Shown: positions 46,975 through 57,464 of the stretch, in pieces
Layout of the letters: every line of letters starts with the position of its first letter
Numbering within the stretch: position 1 is the first letter of the stretch
NCBI GenBank assembly: GCA_965116875.1
Contig: OZ220733.1
Coordinates: 5,248,001-5,312,000, forward strand
Source of the DNA: Candidatus Latescibacterota bacterium
GTDB lineage: Bacteria; Latescibacterota; UBA2968; GCA-2709665
Direction of reading: 5' to 3'
DNA length: 64,000 nt
Program-made: the position numbers and the translations under genes
The notes under the pieces: generated by a model
What the model saw: only the letters and a program-made list of their open reading frames with translations
Databases searched by the model: none
Told to the model about the DNA's origin: nothing

Positions 46975-47020
46975 CGTTCTTCCGTTTCGGCGCGTTCGTT
47001 CCAGCGATTTGGTTCGACCA

Positions 47021-47977
47021 TCAGGTTACCAGCTTTCGATCCGGACTTCCGTTTGCAAGGACCTGCGACGCCAGGTCATCGAGTAGCGCCCGGACACTGC
47101 GCTGGTCCCCATCGATGAAGAGCGGGGCCAGGGGACCGCGTCCGTGCAGGGTTTGCAGCAATGCGTCGATCATCAACATGCGCTGTTCCGGAGTACCGCA
47201 TGCCGCCCAGGACCGCATGAAGTCTCGCGCCGGCTGCGGGTTGCCCGTGGTCAATGCCTTCGCGCTCTTGCGCCAGGCCTGCCAGGTGAAGACGTGACCG
47301 CAGCCACCGCATTGGAGTCTTTCGTCGCGTCTCTTGAGCCCTTTCCGATAATCCCTCCACCTGCGCCTGTACCCACAACCGTCACATTGAATTTCCCCGC
47401 CAGTGTGCCGAGCTTTACCCTGGCACTTGGGACACCGCAACCGTTCATCCGTGGATTGACGGTCTCGCCATTTACGGCCGGAACCCTCCGGTTTGCGAAT
47501 CAGTCCGTGGCATGAAGGACAGGGAAGCCGGACGCGGGATCCAACGGAACGGTGGTACGCCCTGGGATCCCATTCCTTCCCACATTCGCACCGTAACGGA
47601 TCTTCCCCTCTCAACAATCTCCGGCAGTCAAAACAGCGGGGCTGTTCGCGAAGCGCCTTTCGACACTCCGTCCATAGGAGGCGGCTTGAGCAATGCGGAC
47701 AGTGAAACCAGCGTCCACGTTCGCCGTGCCAGCCCAGGCCGTAGAGGGGATCTATTCGGCGCTGCACTCGTGTCCGGCATTGGGGACACGCCACCCGACC
47801 ATTCTGGAATGCGTCGGCGACAGTCGCAATGTCCGCACTACGCGCATAAAGTGACGTCCCGACGTCATCGAGCGCATCTTCATCGTATATACCCATGCCG
47901 GCGTAGCGATAGAGACGCCGGATTCGAGCCTGTCTCACGCGAGGCGCCCATTTCGAGGAAATCTCATTCGGTTGCAT
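47021..47977 (-). CDS. Cys-rich multi-zinc-ribbon hypothetical protein
   Basis: Seven CxxC plus one CxC motif in a basic 318-aa ORF. Confidence 0.7.
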   Translation of the reverse strand: MQPNEISSKWAPRVRQARIRRLYRYAGMGIYDEDALDDVGTSLYARSADIATVADAFQNGRVACPQCRTRVQRRIDPLYGLGWHGERGRWFHCPHCSSRLLWTECRKALREQPRCFDCRRLLRGEDPLRCECGKEWDPRAYHRSVGSRVRLPCPSCHGLIRKPEGSGRKWRDRQSTDERLRCPKCQGKARHTGGEIQCDGCGYRRRWRDYRKGLKRRDERLQCGGCGHVFTWQAWRKSAKALTTGNPQPARDFMRSWAACGTPEQRMLMIDALLQTLHGRGPLAPLFIDGDQRSVRALLDDLASQVLANGSPDRKLVT

Positions 47978-48461
47978 AGCGGTGTGTCCTGTCTTGTCGG
48001 TCGATTCGCCGGGTTAACACCATCGTCTCTTGAGAACGTCGAAAACTACTGAGGGAATATGGTCTCAAAACGCCCCAAAATCAAGTCCCCCCTCCCCCGT
48101 TTCTGCATCCGGAATCCGGGAAGAGGCATGTAAACCTTATTGATATTTAACGTTTTATGAGCATTATAGAAAAACGCAGAATTCCGGCGAATACTCACAC
48201 TCTAAGGCTCGCGAGCCGTACGGCCGGACGGGAGGGAAAGTTCGGGAGGTGGAGGGACGTTTGTAGTAGAATCTGGAAAATACGGTGGGAACTTTCGTGG
48301 GATTCGCGGGGATCAACGCAGGTCTAATGTGCGCTCGTGTGGCGTAGATCGAAGCGCCGTTTATCTGCAGAATCCTGCAAATCGGACTGATACACAGTTC
48401 AAATTGGGATCAGTACAACGGCAGATACAAGTACGTACCGATTCGCGCCGCTCTCCCGAAA

Positions 48462-50984
48462 TCACTCATGCCGCAGAACATCCGCCGGATTGGCGCGGGC
48501 GGCTTTGCCGGCGTGCCAAACCACCGTCAGCAGAGCCAAGCCTAGCGCCAATGCGCCCGCTAGCGCAAAGGACCACCAGCCAACGTCGACCCGATAAGCG
48601 AAGTTCTCTAGCCACCTCTCTGCGCCAAAATACGTGACAGGCCAAGCTATAGCGACGGCGATGATCACCAATACGACGAAATCTCCGGATACAACAGCAA
48701 TAACGCTGGTAGTGGATGCTCCCGAAACTTTCCGAATACCAATTTCCCGGCTGCGCCTCTCAACGGTAAATGAAGCAAGGCCAAATAGTCCAAGAAGGGC
48801 GATTAAGATAGCCAGTCCCGAAAATGCGCCGAAGACGCGCATCACTCGCGTCTCGTCTTGATATAGCTGATCGAAATCAAAATACGTGTCCAGCAACGTA
48901 TAGTGAAAATGTATCGAGAGCGCCAATTCAGCACATTTGTCGCGCAGGAACGAGAGAGAGCCGACAATAGTACCGGGGCGGAATCTTACTACGAGATCCA
49001 GAGCCTGCGAGACACCCCTTGGATCCATATTGAGGCGCAACGCCACCGGTACGATCTTGTGGTGCAGCGACCGGATATGGAAATCCTGCACAATACCCAC
49101 GATAGTGCCAGTCGTTTCGATTTCGTCGCTCCAATTCATATGTACCGTCTGACCGGTCTCTGTACCAATACCCATCAACCGGGCGGCCGACTCGTTAAAT
49201 ATGACTCCGTCATAGGACGGGGTCGCAAAAATGGACCCGAAACTCTGCCCGGCGATCAGTTCGATTCCTAATGTCTCCAGGTAATCCTGATCGATATACA
49301 TTGTGTAGATTTCCGCCGGTCTGCCTTCAGGCGCGTCCATCAACGTATACACATTTCTGCTCCTTGAGTCCTTACCGGGAACATCTGTCGTAAGTGACAC
49401 ACTGAGGATATTTGGGTTTCGCTTCAGTTCGCTCTTTATGGTGCGGACACGGCGCTCTAATGAACGCGCATAATTCTCGATTTCAGCTACAATTGACACG
49501 CTGCGGATATTCAGGTTTCGATTCGGTTCGTTCTCTATGTCCCTGATGCGGCGCTGTAAGGAAAGCTGCAAATCGTTATCGATTTCCGGCGTAGCGAGTA
49601 CAACGACATTTCGTCTATCAAAGCCAAGGTTCTTGTATTTAGTGAAATGCAACTGCCTCATCACCACGACTGTTACCCCAATCAGACCTATGGAGATTGC
49701 GAATTGGAAGACGATTAGGCCCTTTCGAAATTCTGCGCTCCTGGGTGTAGCTCTTGACAGGTCCTTCATCATCACAATGGGGCTGACATACGAAAGGAAA
49801 AACGCCGGATAGCTCCCCGCCAGCATGCCGACAACCAATGCCCCCACGCTCAACGTACAAAGAAAGCGTACGCTGTAGGTTATCGCCAGAGACCTGCCGA
49901 CGACGCCGTTCAGGATCGGTAGAAGCATCTCCGTAAGCATGACGGCAGCGGCAAATGCGATTACCGCAACAATAACTGCTTCGCCCAGATACTGGCGTAT
50001 CAGTTGCCTGCGGTGCGCTCCCATGACCTTGCGCAGACCCGCTTCCCGCGCCCGGTTGGCTGAACGCGCCGTCGCCAGATTCATATAGTTCGCGCAGGCG
50101 ATCAACAGGACGAGAACACCGATTGAAACAAACAGGTACAGTTCCTTGATATCACGATTGGCCCCGAGTTCATCATCCAGATTGGAATGCAAGTGGATAT
50201 CTGTAAGAGGCATAAGGCGGCACGGCATACTGGACATCCGTACGTGCGAAGCGGAATTGTCGCCTGCATCGTCTGGTGTGAACTGATGCGGAAGCCAGAC
50301 ACTGATTTTTTCTGCCAGTTTACCATGTAATGCGTTCTCACCGAGGACAAGATATGTGTATGCGATACCGTGCTGCCAATCACCGTAAGGATAGGCTGCG
50401 TAAGGTACCAGTCCCTGGAAGGAAAAGTGGGTGTGCCGCGGAAGTTCGCCAAGTACGCCGGTGACCTTCACCGTTCTCTCAGATGAGTAGCCTGCGTGTA
50501 TTCTCAATGCCTTTCCCATGGGATCCACGTCGCCGAAGTAGCGTTTTGCCATGTCCCGGGAGATTACGATCGCATCAGGCGACGTCAGAGCGGTACCCGG
50601 GTCTCCCTGAACAATTGAAAACGAGAATACGTCGAAGAAGTTCGAGCTCGCATACAACAACCCTTCTTCGGAAAATTCCCGGTCCTGAAATGCCATCCGG
50701 GTACCCGTCATTCGCTTAACTCGGACGGCCTGTTCAATATCGGGAAAATCCGAAACGAGCTTAGGGCCGAGATGCGCAAAAGTCGATGGGCGATTCCATG
50801 TCGAGAATCTAAAAATTCGGTCGGCGTTCCGGTGAAAACGGTCGTATCGAAATTCATCCTCTATCAGCAACCCGATCATCAGGCAGCACGCGATCCCGAC
50901 CGAAAGCCCGGCAATATTGATCGCCGAGTAGAGCTTGTAGCGACGCATGTTGCGAACAGTGATGAGAAGCACGTTTCGGAACAT
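48462..50984 (-). CDS. MacB/FtsX-type duplicated ABC transporter permease
   Basis: INIAGL..G, IACANYMNLATAR, RKVMGA, GSYPAF, FQF.IS, EIGIRKV.GA, NPA.VLRHE. Confidence 0.92.
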   Translation of the reverse strand: MFRNVLLITVRNMRRYKLYSAINIAGLSVGIACCLMIGLLIEDEFRYDRFHRNADRIFRFSTWNRPSTFAHLGPKLVSDFPDIEQAVRVKRMTGTRMAFQDREFSEEGLLYASSNFFDVFSFSIVQGDPGTALTSPDAIVISRDMAKRYFGDVDPMGKALRIHAGYSSERTVKVTGVLGELPRHTHFSFQGLVPYAAYPYGDWQHGIAYTYLVLGENALHGKLAEKISVWLPHQFTPDDAGDNSASHVRMSSMPCRLMPLTDIHLHSNLDDELGANRDIKELYLFVSIGVLVLLIACANYMNLATARSANRAREAGLRKVMGAHRRQLIRQYLGEAVIVAVIAFAAAVMLTEMLLPILNGVVGRSLAITYSVRFLCTLSVGALVVGMLAGSYPAFFLSYVSPIVMMKDLSRATPRSAEFRKGLIVFQFAISIGLIGVTVVVMRQLHFTKYKNLGFDRRNVVVLATPEIDNDLQLSLQRRIRDIENEPNRNLNIRSVSIVAEIENYARSLERRVRTIKSELKRNPNILSVSLTTDVPGKDSRSRNVYTLMDAPEGRPAEIYTMYIDQDYLETLGIELIAGQSFGSIFATPSYDGVIFNESAARLMGIGTETGQTVHMNWSDEIETTGTIVGIVQDFHIRSLHHKIVPVALRLNMDPRGVSQALDLVVRFRPGTIVGSLSFLRDKCAELALSIHFHYTLLDTYFDFDQLYQDETRVMRVFGAFSGLAILIALLGLFGLASFTVERRSREIGIRKVSGASTTSVIAVVSGDFVVLVIIAVAIAWPVTYFGAERWLENFAYRVDVGWWSFALAGALALGLALLTVVWHAGKAARANPADVLRHE

Positions 50985-51061
50985 AACCGGCGACACCCAT
51001 TGATCTGCGTAGCGGTCTCTAGAATTGACACATACGGCAAATGACAGATTAATCCAGTAAA

Positions 51062-51179
51062 ATCAAAAACCGTGCCAAATCACTATGTGCAATTTTTACA
51101 GGGAGTTATATAATGGACAAGACGAGGGGACCACCAGTTAGTGTCTGATAATGATACAGTGATATCCGAAAATGGACAC
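51062..51179 (-). promoter_or_regulatory. sigma54-type promoter + IHF-like site + enhancer palindromes (copy 1)
   Basis: Minus strand TTGGCACGGTTTTTGA (51063-51078); UAS gtgtctgataatgataca..tatccgaaaatggacac (51141-51179). Confidence 0.7.
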
Positions 51180-51557
51180 TCATGAGGTGTCGTAGAAGAC
51201 TCGCGTGAGTCGAGTTTTCTCGCGCAGGTCTTTCGGGAATGGGCTCTTGCGACCTTACTGTGTCGTGCCGACTGTCACTGGCGATTTGGCAATTCGTGAT
51301 GTCAATTGCACGAAGTCTGACCTTGCAAGGTAAACCTCCAGATGCACCTTGCGTGCCGAGTCGTTTACGCCGCAAGTGGGCCCTGTTGCGACTGTTGAAG
51401 GCCTTATCGACGGCACGGCAAACGATACAGAGATCGCCGCAGAAGAAACCAAGTCGGTCATGTCGGTGACTGCAATGAGACCATCTCTACGCCTCTCGAC
51501 AACGAAAAGGTACGTAGCAGGTTCGAGTACACAACGGTTTGTCTGGATTTGCAATTG

Positions 51558-53984
51558 TCATTCATGACGCAGAACATCGGCCGGATTGGCGCGGCCGGCT
51601 TTCCCGGCCTGCCATCCAACGGTCAACAGCGCCAAACCTAGCACCACCGCTCCTGACAACGGGAACGTCCACCATCCGACTTCGACCCGATAGGCGAAGT
51701 TCCGCAGCCACCTTTCCGCGCCGAAATACGCGACCGGCCATGCAATGACGATGGCGATAATCACCAAGAACATGAAATCTCTGGATATTAGGGCAACAAC
51801 GGTGGAAACGGACGCACCGAGGACTTTTCGGATACCGATTTCTTTAGTGCGACGCTCCGCCGTGAAAGATGCGAGCCCGAGTAACCCGAGAAAGGCGACA
51901 AAGATCCCCAGTACCGAGAACGAACCGAATACCTTCATCAGTCGCGTCTCATTCTGGTATAACTGATCGAAATCAAAATAGGTGTCCAGAAAGGTATAAC
52001 GAAAATGCACCGAGAGCGCCAATTCAGCGGATTTCTCCCGCAGGAATGAGAGAGCGGCAGGAAGTGTACCGGGGCGCGATTTTATTACGAGATCTGGAGC
52101 ATGCCATACATATCCTGGATCCATATTAAGGCGTAACGCCAGTGGTACGATCTTGTGGTGCATCGACCGGATATGGAAATCTCGCACTATGCCCACGATG
52201 GTGCCGTTTGATTCCACGAGGTCTCCCCAATTCATGTGCACCTTTTGTCCGGTCGTGGTTCCAATACCCATGAGTCGCGCGGCAGATTCGTTCAATATGA
52301 CTCCGTCATAGGACCGGCTGGCGAAAATAGACCTGAAATTCTGCCCGGCGATCAGTTCGATTCCCAATGTCTCCAGGTAATCCTGATCGATATACATTGT
52401 CGAGATACTCGTCGGGTTGCTTACAGCTGCGTCCGTCAGTGTATACGTGCCTTCACTCCAAATGTCGTTCCCGGGCACATGAGTTGCAAGAGAAACGCTG
52501 AGGATATTCGGGTTGCGCTTCAGTTCGTTCTTTATTGTCCGAACGCGGCTCTCTACGGAACGCACGTCATCGTCGATACCCGGCGTATTGAGTACAACGA
52601 CGTCCCGCTTATCGAAGCCCAGACTCTTGTATCTGGTGAAATTCAACTGCCTTGTCACCACGACTGTTGCGCCGATCAGACCAATGGAGATTACAAATTG
52701 GAAGACGATAAGGCCCTTGCGAAATCCAGCGCTCCGGGGTGTAGCTCTTGAAAGATCCTTCATCATCACGATGGGACTGACATGCGAAAGGAAGAATGCC
52801 GGATAGCTCCCTGCCAGCATACCGACAGCCAGTGCGCCCACGCTTAGAATAAAAAGAAAACCTCCGCTGTAGCCGATCGCAAGGGACCTGTTCACAGCCG
52901 CATTCAGAACTGGCAGGAACATTTCCGCAAGCATTACGGCAGCAGCAAATGCAATTGCCGCAAATATAGCCGCTTCGCCCAGGAACTGCTGTATCAGTTG
53001 ACGGCGGTGCGCCCCCATGACTTTGCGCAGACCCGCTTCCCGTGCCCTGTTGGCTGAACGTGCGGTTGCCAGATTCATATAGTTCGCGCAGGCCATCAGC
53101 AGGATGAGAATTCCCATTGAACCAAACAGGTACAGTTCCTTGATATCGCGATTGGCGCCGAGTTCCCACTCCAGTTGAGAATGCAAGTGGATATCTGTGA
53201 GAGGCATAAGGCGGCATGGCATACTGGACATCCGGACGCGCGAGGCGGAATCGTCGCCTGCATCGTCTGGTGTGAACTGATGCGGCAGCCAGACGCTGAT
53301 TTTTTGTGCTAATTCACCAGGTAATGCCTTTTCTTCGAGGACCAGATAGGTGTACGCAATACCATGCTCCCAATCACCGGAAGAATAGGCTGCGTATGGC
53401 ACCAGTCCCTGGAAGGAAAAGTGGGAATGCCGCGGAAGTTCGCCAAGTACGCCCGTGACCTTCACCGTTCTCTCAGACGAGTAGCCTGCGTTTATCCTTA
53501 GTGCCTTACCCATGGCGTCCGCGTCTCCGAAATAGCGTTTTGCCATTTCCCTGGAAATCACGATCGCGTCCGGCGACGTCAGCGCGGTACCCGGGTCTCC
53601 CTGAACAAGTGAAAAGGAGAATACGTCGAAGAAATTCGAAGTCGCATAAAACAGTTCCTCTTCGAAAAACTCCAAGTCCCGATATGCCATCGGGGTACCT
53701 GCACTTGATACGCGTTTAATGCGGACAGCCTGTTCAATATCGGGAAAATCCGCAACGATCTTTGGACCGAGATGCGCAAAAGTCGATGCATTGTTCCACG
53801 TCGAAAACCTGTAAATTCGCTGGGCGTGTTCGTGAAACCGGTCGTATCGCAGTTCATCCTCTATCAGTAACCCGATCATCAGGCAACACGCGATCCCAAC
53901 CGCCAGCCCGGCAAGATTGATTGTCGAGTAGAGCTTGTTGCGACGCATATTGCGGATGGTGACGAGAAGCACGTTTCGGAACAT
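51558..53984 (-). CDS. MacB/FtsX-type duplicated ABC transporter permease (paralog)
   Basis: Same motifs as 48462-50984 and clearly similar at the DNA level. Confidence 0.92.
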   Translation of the reverse strand: MFRNVLLVTIRNMRRNKLYSTINLAGLAVGIACCLMIGLLIEDELRYDRFHEHAQRIYRFSTWNNASTFAHLGPKIVADFPDIEQAVRIKRVSSAGTPMAYRDLEFFEEELFYATSNFFDVFSFSLVQGDPGTALTSPDAIVISREMAKRYFGDADAMGKALRINAGYSSERTVKVTGVLGELPRHSHFSFQGLVPYAAYSSGDWEHGIAYTYLVLEEKALPGELAQKISVWLPHQFTPDDAGDDSASRVRMSSMPCRLMPLTDIHLHSQLEWELGANRDIKELYLFGSMGILILLMACANYMNLATARSANRAREAGLRKVMGAHRRQLIQQFLGEAAIFAAIAFAAAVMLAEMFLPVLNAAVNRSLAIGYSGGFLFILSVGALAVGMLAGSYPAFFLSHVSPIVMMKDLSRATPRSAGFRKGLIVFQFVISIGLIGATVVVTRQLNFTRYKSLGFDKRDVVVLNTPGIDDDVRSVESRVRTIKNELKRNPNILSVSLATHVPGNDIWSEGTYTLTDAAVSNPTSISTMYIDQDYLETLGIELIAGQNFRSIFASRSYDGVILNESAARLMGIGTTTGQKVHMNWGDLVESNGTIVGIVRDFHIRSMHHKIVPLALRLNMDPGYVWHAPDLVIKSRPGTLPAALSFLREKSAELALSVHFRYTFLDTYFDFDQLYQNETRLMKVFGSFSVLGIFVAFLGLLGLASFTAERRTKEIGIRKVLGASVSTVVALISRDFMFLVIIAIVIAWPVAYFGAERWLRNFAYRVEVGWWTFPLSGAVVLGLALLTVGWQAGKAGRANPADVLRHE

Positions 53985-54061
53985 GAAATGCGTCCCTGAT
54001 GCATCTGCATACCAGACAGAGGAATGACAGATTCGGTTGACGACAGATTATACCAGCATAG

Positions 54062-54181
54062 ATCAATAATCGTGCCAAAATTGCATATGCATATTTTTCA
54101 AGGAGTTATATAAAACCGGTAAGAAGTGGAAACCGCCGGATAGTGTCCGTTTTTGATACAGTAATGTTCGAAATCGGACAC
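54062..54181 (-). promoter_or_regulatory. sigma54-type promoter + IHF-like site + enhancer palindromes (copy 2)
   Basis: Minus strand TTGGCACGATTATTGA; UAS gtgtccgtttttgataca..tgttcgaaatcggacac (54143-54181). Confidence 0.75.
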
Positions 54182-54641
54182 TGATATGGCTCGGTTGGTT
54201 CTGTAGAGTCGGATATTCTCCCGCGGGAATCCCGTCAATGGGCACTGGTGGATCTATGGCACTTGTAAGGCTTGTTCAGGCGATCTGTTTAGAAAGTGAA
54301 CCCGATTCGGGCATTTTCGACTTGCCGTAAAGTCGAGCCAATGAGGACCACGAGCAAGTGAAACCGGGATGTGTTTTCGCTACGCTTTGGGGTGTTTGTT
54401 CGCGCAACCAGACTGATGGATTGCCGCCGTCAACGGGGATACTGGGAGCGCCGCCAATACCGATCATCGGGGCTGGACGGGCGCAGCGTTCATGACTGAG
54501 AACCTGGGAAGTTCAAGATCGATTCGCAGGCTTCCAATGGAATCAGCGTCTCCAGATAACAAGGTCACAGAGACCCTTGCTCAGGCGGCTGTGGACGATC
54601 AAATTCTCAGACTCGGGAATCCGGATGCTGCGAGGCAGATG

Positions 54642-56762
54642 CTATTGCCCCTCTTTCAGGTATTGATTGAACCAGTCGAGCACGCTCTTGTAATAGTCCC
54701 TGGTATCCTCAGCCGACCAATCAGTCATAAGATGGCTTTCGCGCTTATATTCACGCATCTCCACTCGTTTGCCGAGTCGCCTGAGACCGAGGTATGTCTC
54801 ACGTGCACCCGCCCATCCTGGCACATCATGGGTCCCGCATATAACCAACACCGGCGCTTCAACATGTTCGAAAGCGAAAAGCGGCGAGTTTTCGATATAG
54901 GCATCTCGTTTCTCCCAGAGATTTCCACCATTTCGAGCCTGCCGGCCCTCGCACCACCGCATTCCATAATCATCGACAACATAGCTGCTGGTCATGTTGA
55001 TTCCAAACGGCGCATTGGCAACCGCAGCGCGGAAGGCCTTCGTGTGAGTAACCAACGCCATGACGCCATAACCACCATAGCTGTGTCCCCAGACACCGAT
55101 TCGATCGTTGTCGGCAATACCCATTTCTATGGCGCGATTAACCGCGGGTAGTGTTACCCGCACGATTTGATCAATCGGGTTTTTGTCCTCCATAATCGAG
55201 TCCGGATACAGTGCAGCATAGCCGGTGCTGGTAAGTAACTGCGCTTCCGAGAGAAGCCTATTACTGTTTGAAAGATCACTCCCGGGATAGATAGTAACAA
55301 CCATGGGCAGACGGTCTCCCTCCAGAGTGTCATCGGGCAGGAAAAGAGCCGCTTTCTGGATACGACCATTCGCGTCCTTGAACTCTATGGTCTTGCGAAC
55401 CGGTTGAGCCACATCGCGACGCCAGGGATTGGTCTCGTGTAGTGTCGTTGCCTCTCCACTGTCGAGAGCGTACGCATGTACCATATCGTCAAGTTCGACT
55501 TTCCCACGCGCAAAAACGAACCGTTCGGATGCAACCAGAGTGAACTCATCAGGGCTTGAAAGTTGCGCGGGACAAACCCTTGTCGTCTCGCCTGAAATAG
55601 AGTGGATGCGGACGATGTATTTCGAGTTTTCGCGTGTGTCAGTCGCATGGGCAAGAATATCGCCGGGATCATCCGTATGTAGGACTGATTCTCCGTACCG
55701 TTGTGCAATCGCATTTATTCTCAGATGATTGCCAGTCGAATCCTGGGAGAGTTGACAGTTCCGACCGTCCTCAATGGACAGGTGATACAAACTTCCTTCT
55801 TGAAGCCACATAATGCGCCTGCCATCATCGGTCCACCACGGCATTTGACGGTTACCCAGGTACGAGGTGAATTCTGTCACCTTTTCAGGCTCAGTTGATC
55901 CGTCCGCAGGTGCAAGATAGAGGTATAGAGGTTCTCCCTCGTTTCCACCGGTGACATAGGAAATCGTCTGGCAATCGGGCGACCACGAGAAACGGCAGGC
56001 ATAAGTGTTGACCCGTACGTTCCTCGCGACCGTAAAAGGTTCGCTACCATCAAACGGGACGACATTCACATCGGCAATAACGTGGGTACGGTCCACGGGA
56101 GATGTAATTCGATTGAGAAACGCGACGGCTTGCCCATCAGGAGCCATACGCAGGGTACCCGGGCTGAGACCGGCCGCAAACGCCTTGACAACGCCTGTTT
56201 CTACCTCCAAGACGCCGACGCACTCATCACTATCGGGCCGCTCAAGGAATGGGCTATATTGATCTGAGACTGCCCTCCCCGGAGTGTAAGACCGCACAAT
56301 GATGTCGGGGGATGCAGGAGCGTCACGAGCATTCGGGACCAGCGGCACAATGATCCGGCGACCGTCGGGAGTCCATTGAGGAACGTCAAAGTTGAAAATC
56401 CGGGGAATCATAGCGTTGGCTACAATAGACACTTCGCGTGTCTGTCTTTTCCATAATCCTACACAGGTGTGAGCATCCTGTGCAACGACGTATGCGGCAA
56501 GCGCTTGTCCATCTGGAGACCATCGCCCTGCATAGCTCATTCGCAGATCGGAAAACGGCTCCATGGACTCACCTGTCTCAACGTCGATCAGGACAACGTG
56601 TGCGCCGTTTGCCTGACTATTGCTGGTAATGTGTGGTACACGACGCTTCCCTTGACCGAGTGTTACCGCAAGCAACCCGCCATCAGGCGAGATATCCCAT
56701 GGGCAACGATGGGTAAACTGGGAGACATTAAGCAGGTCATCGACGGTAAATGGCCGCGGCAT
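54642..56762 (-). CDS. S9 family peptidase (prolyl oligopeptidase-like)
   Basis: WSPDG beta-propeller repeats, GHSYGG nucleophile elbow, G..D, ESH. Confidence 0.9.
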   Translation of the reverse strand: MPRPFTVDDLLNVSQFTHRCPWDISPDGGLLAVTLGQGKRRVPHITSNSQANGAHVVLIDVETGESMEPFSDLRMSYAGRWSPDGQALAAYVVAQDAHTCVGLWKRQTREVSIVANAMIPRIFNFDVPQWTPDGRRIIVPLVPNARDAPASPDIIVRSYTPGRAVSDQYSPFLERPDSDECVGVLEVETGVVKAFAAGLSPGTLRMAPDGQAVAFLNRITSPVDRTHVIADVNVVPFDGSEPFTVARNVRVNTYACRFSWSPDCQTISYVTGGNEGEPLYLYLAPADGSTEPEKVTEFTSYLGNRQMPWWTDDGRRIMWLQEGSLYHLSIEDGRNCQLSQDSTGNHLRINAIAQRYGESVLHTDDPGDILAHATDTRENSKYIVRIHSISGETTRVCPAQLSSPDEFTLVASERFVFARGKVELDDMVHAYALDSGEATTLHETNPWRRDVAQPVRKTIEFKDANGRIQKAALFLPDDTLEGDRLPMVVTIYPGSDLSNSNRLLSEAQLLTSTGYAALYPDSIMEDKNPIDQIVRVTLPAVNRAIEMGIADNDRIGVWGHSYGGYGVMALVTHTKAFRAAVANAPFGINMTSSYVVDDYGMRWCEGRQARNGGNLWEKRDAYIENSPLFAFEHVEAPVLVICGTHDVPGWAGARETYLGLRRLGKRVEMREYKRESHLMTDWSAEDTRDYYKSVLDWFNQYLKEGQ

Positions 56763-57137
56763 ATTTGACTCTCCATGGGCTTACTGCTGTTGGTACTCGT
56801 TCAGGAAAACCAATCGATTGGATTCTGATATTACCAAATCAGCCACTATGACAGCGCATCTCTGAATGTCTACGCCACGGTGGAGAGGATATCGTGCCAC
56901 AACCTGCGTCCCAATTCAGCATTCGCTTTGGACGCATCGCCCAGGACGCCGTTGTCCGTTTATTTTGTGAAGTCAAATCTCGGATCATACCAATAGATTT
57001 CCCGGGAATTGTTCCGATCGAACGCATTGTCCTCGTAGCCCACCAAAACGGAAACATACCGCAGGTCCGGAATCAACAGGCCGGGAAACTCCGAACACTT
57101 GACTCATCGGATGACGGATTGCCCCATCAGTGATCCT

Positions 57138-57256
57138 ATCAAAGACCGTGCCAAATGTACATGTCACGGTTTATCAGTCAGTTATTGCAAGAGGGAAATC
57201 GCCGGAGTGTCTGGATAGTGTCCGTTTTTGATACAGAATTGTTCGAAAACGGACAC
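57138..57256 (-). promoter_or_regulatory. sigma54-type promoter + IHF site + enhancer palindromes (copy 3)
   Basis: Minus strand TTGGCACGGTCTTTGA; TATCAG-TCAG-TTA IHF match at 57172; UAS gtgtccgtttttgataca..tgttcgaaaacggacac (57218-57256). Confidence 0.75.
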
Positions 57257-57464
57257 TATGTAGTAACCAGGAGGGCTTGATGGATGTAGGAATCCGGTTA
57301 CGCATCAGCTTGCTATCGACGAATTCAGATGATGGGGTTCAACGAGGTCGATAAGACGAATCGCGCGTCGTGTCGAGTGTCGCCAGGTTGCGACTTCAGA
57401 TGTCACAGACGGAACGCGGGACCAACTGCAATCTGCCCGCTATCACGACATGATCCACCCGTAA

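Noticed and set aside
26971-47977. Classical integron
   Set aside because: No tyrosine recombinase in the window and no recurring RYYYAAC...GTTRRRY attC structures found by eye; many junctions are too short to hold one.
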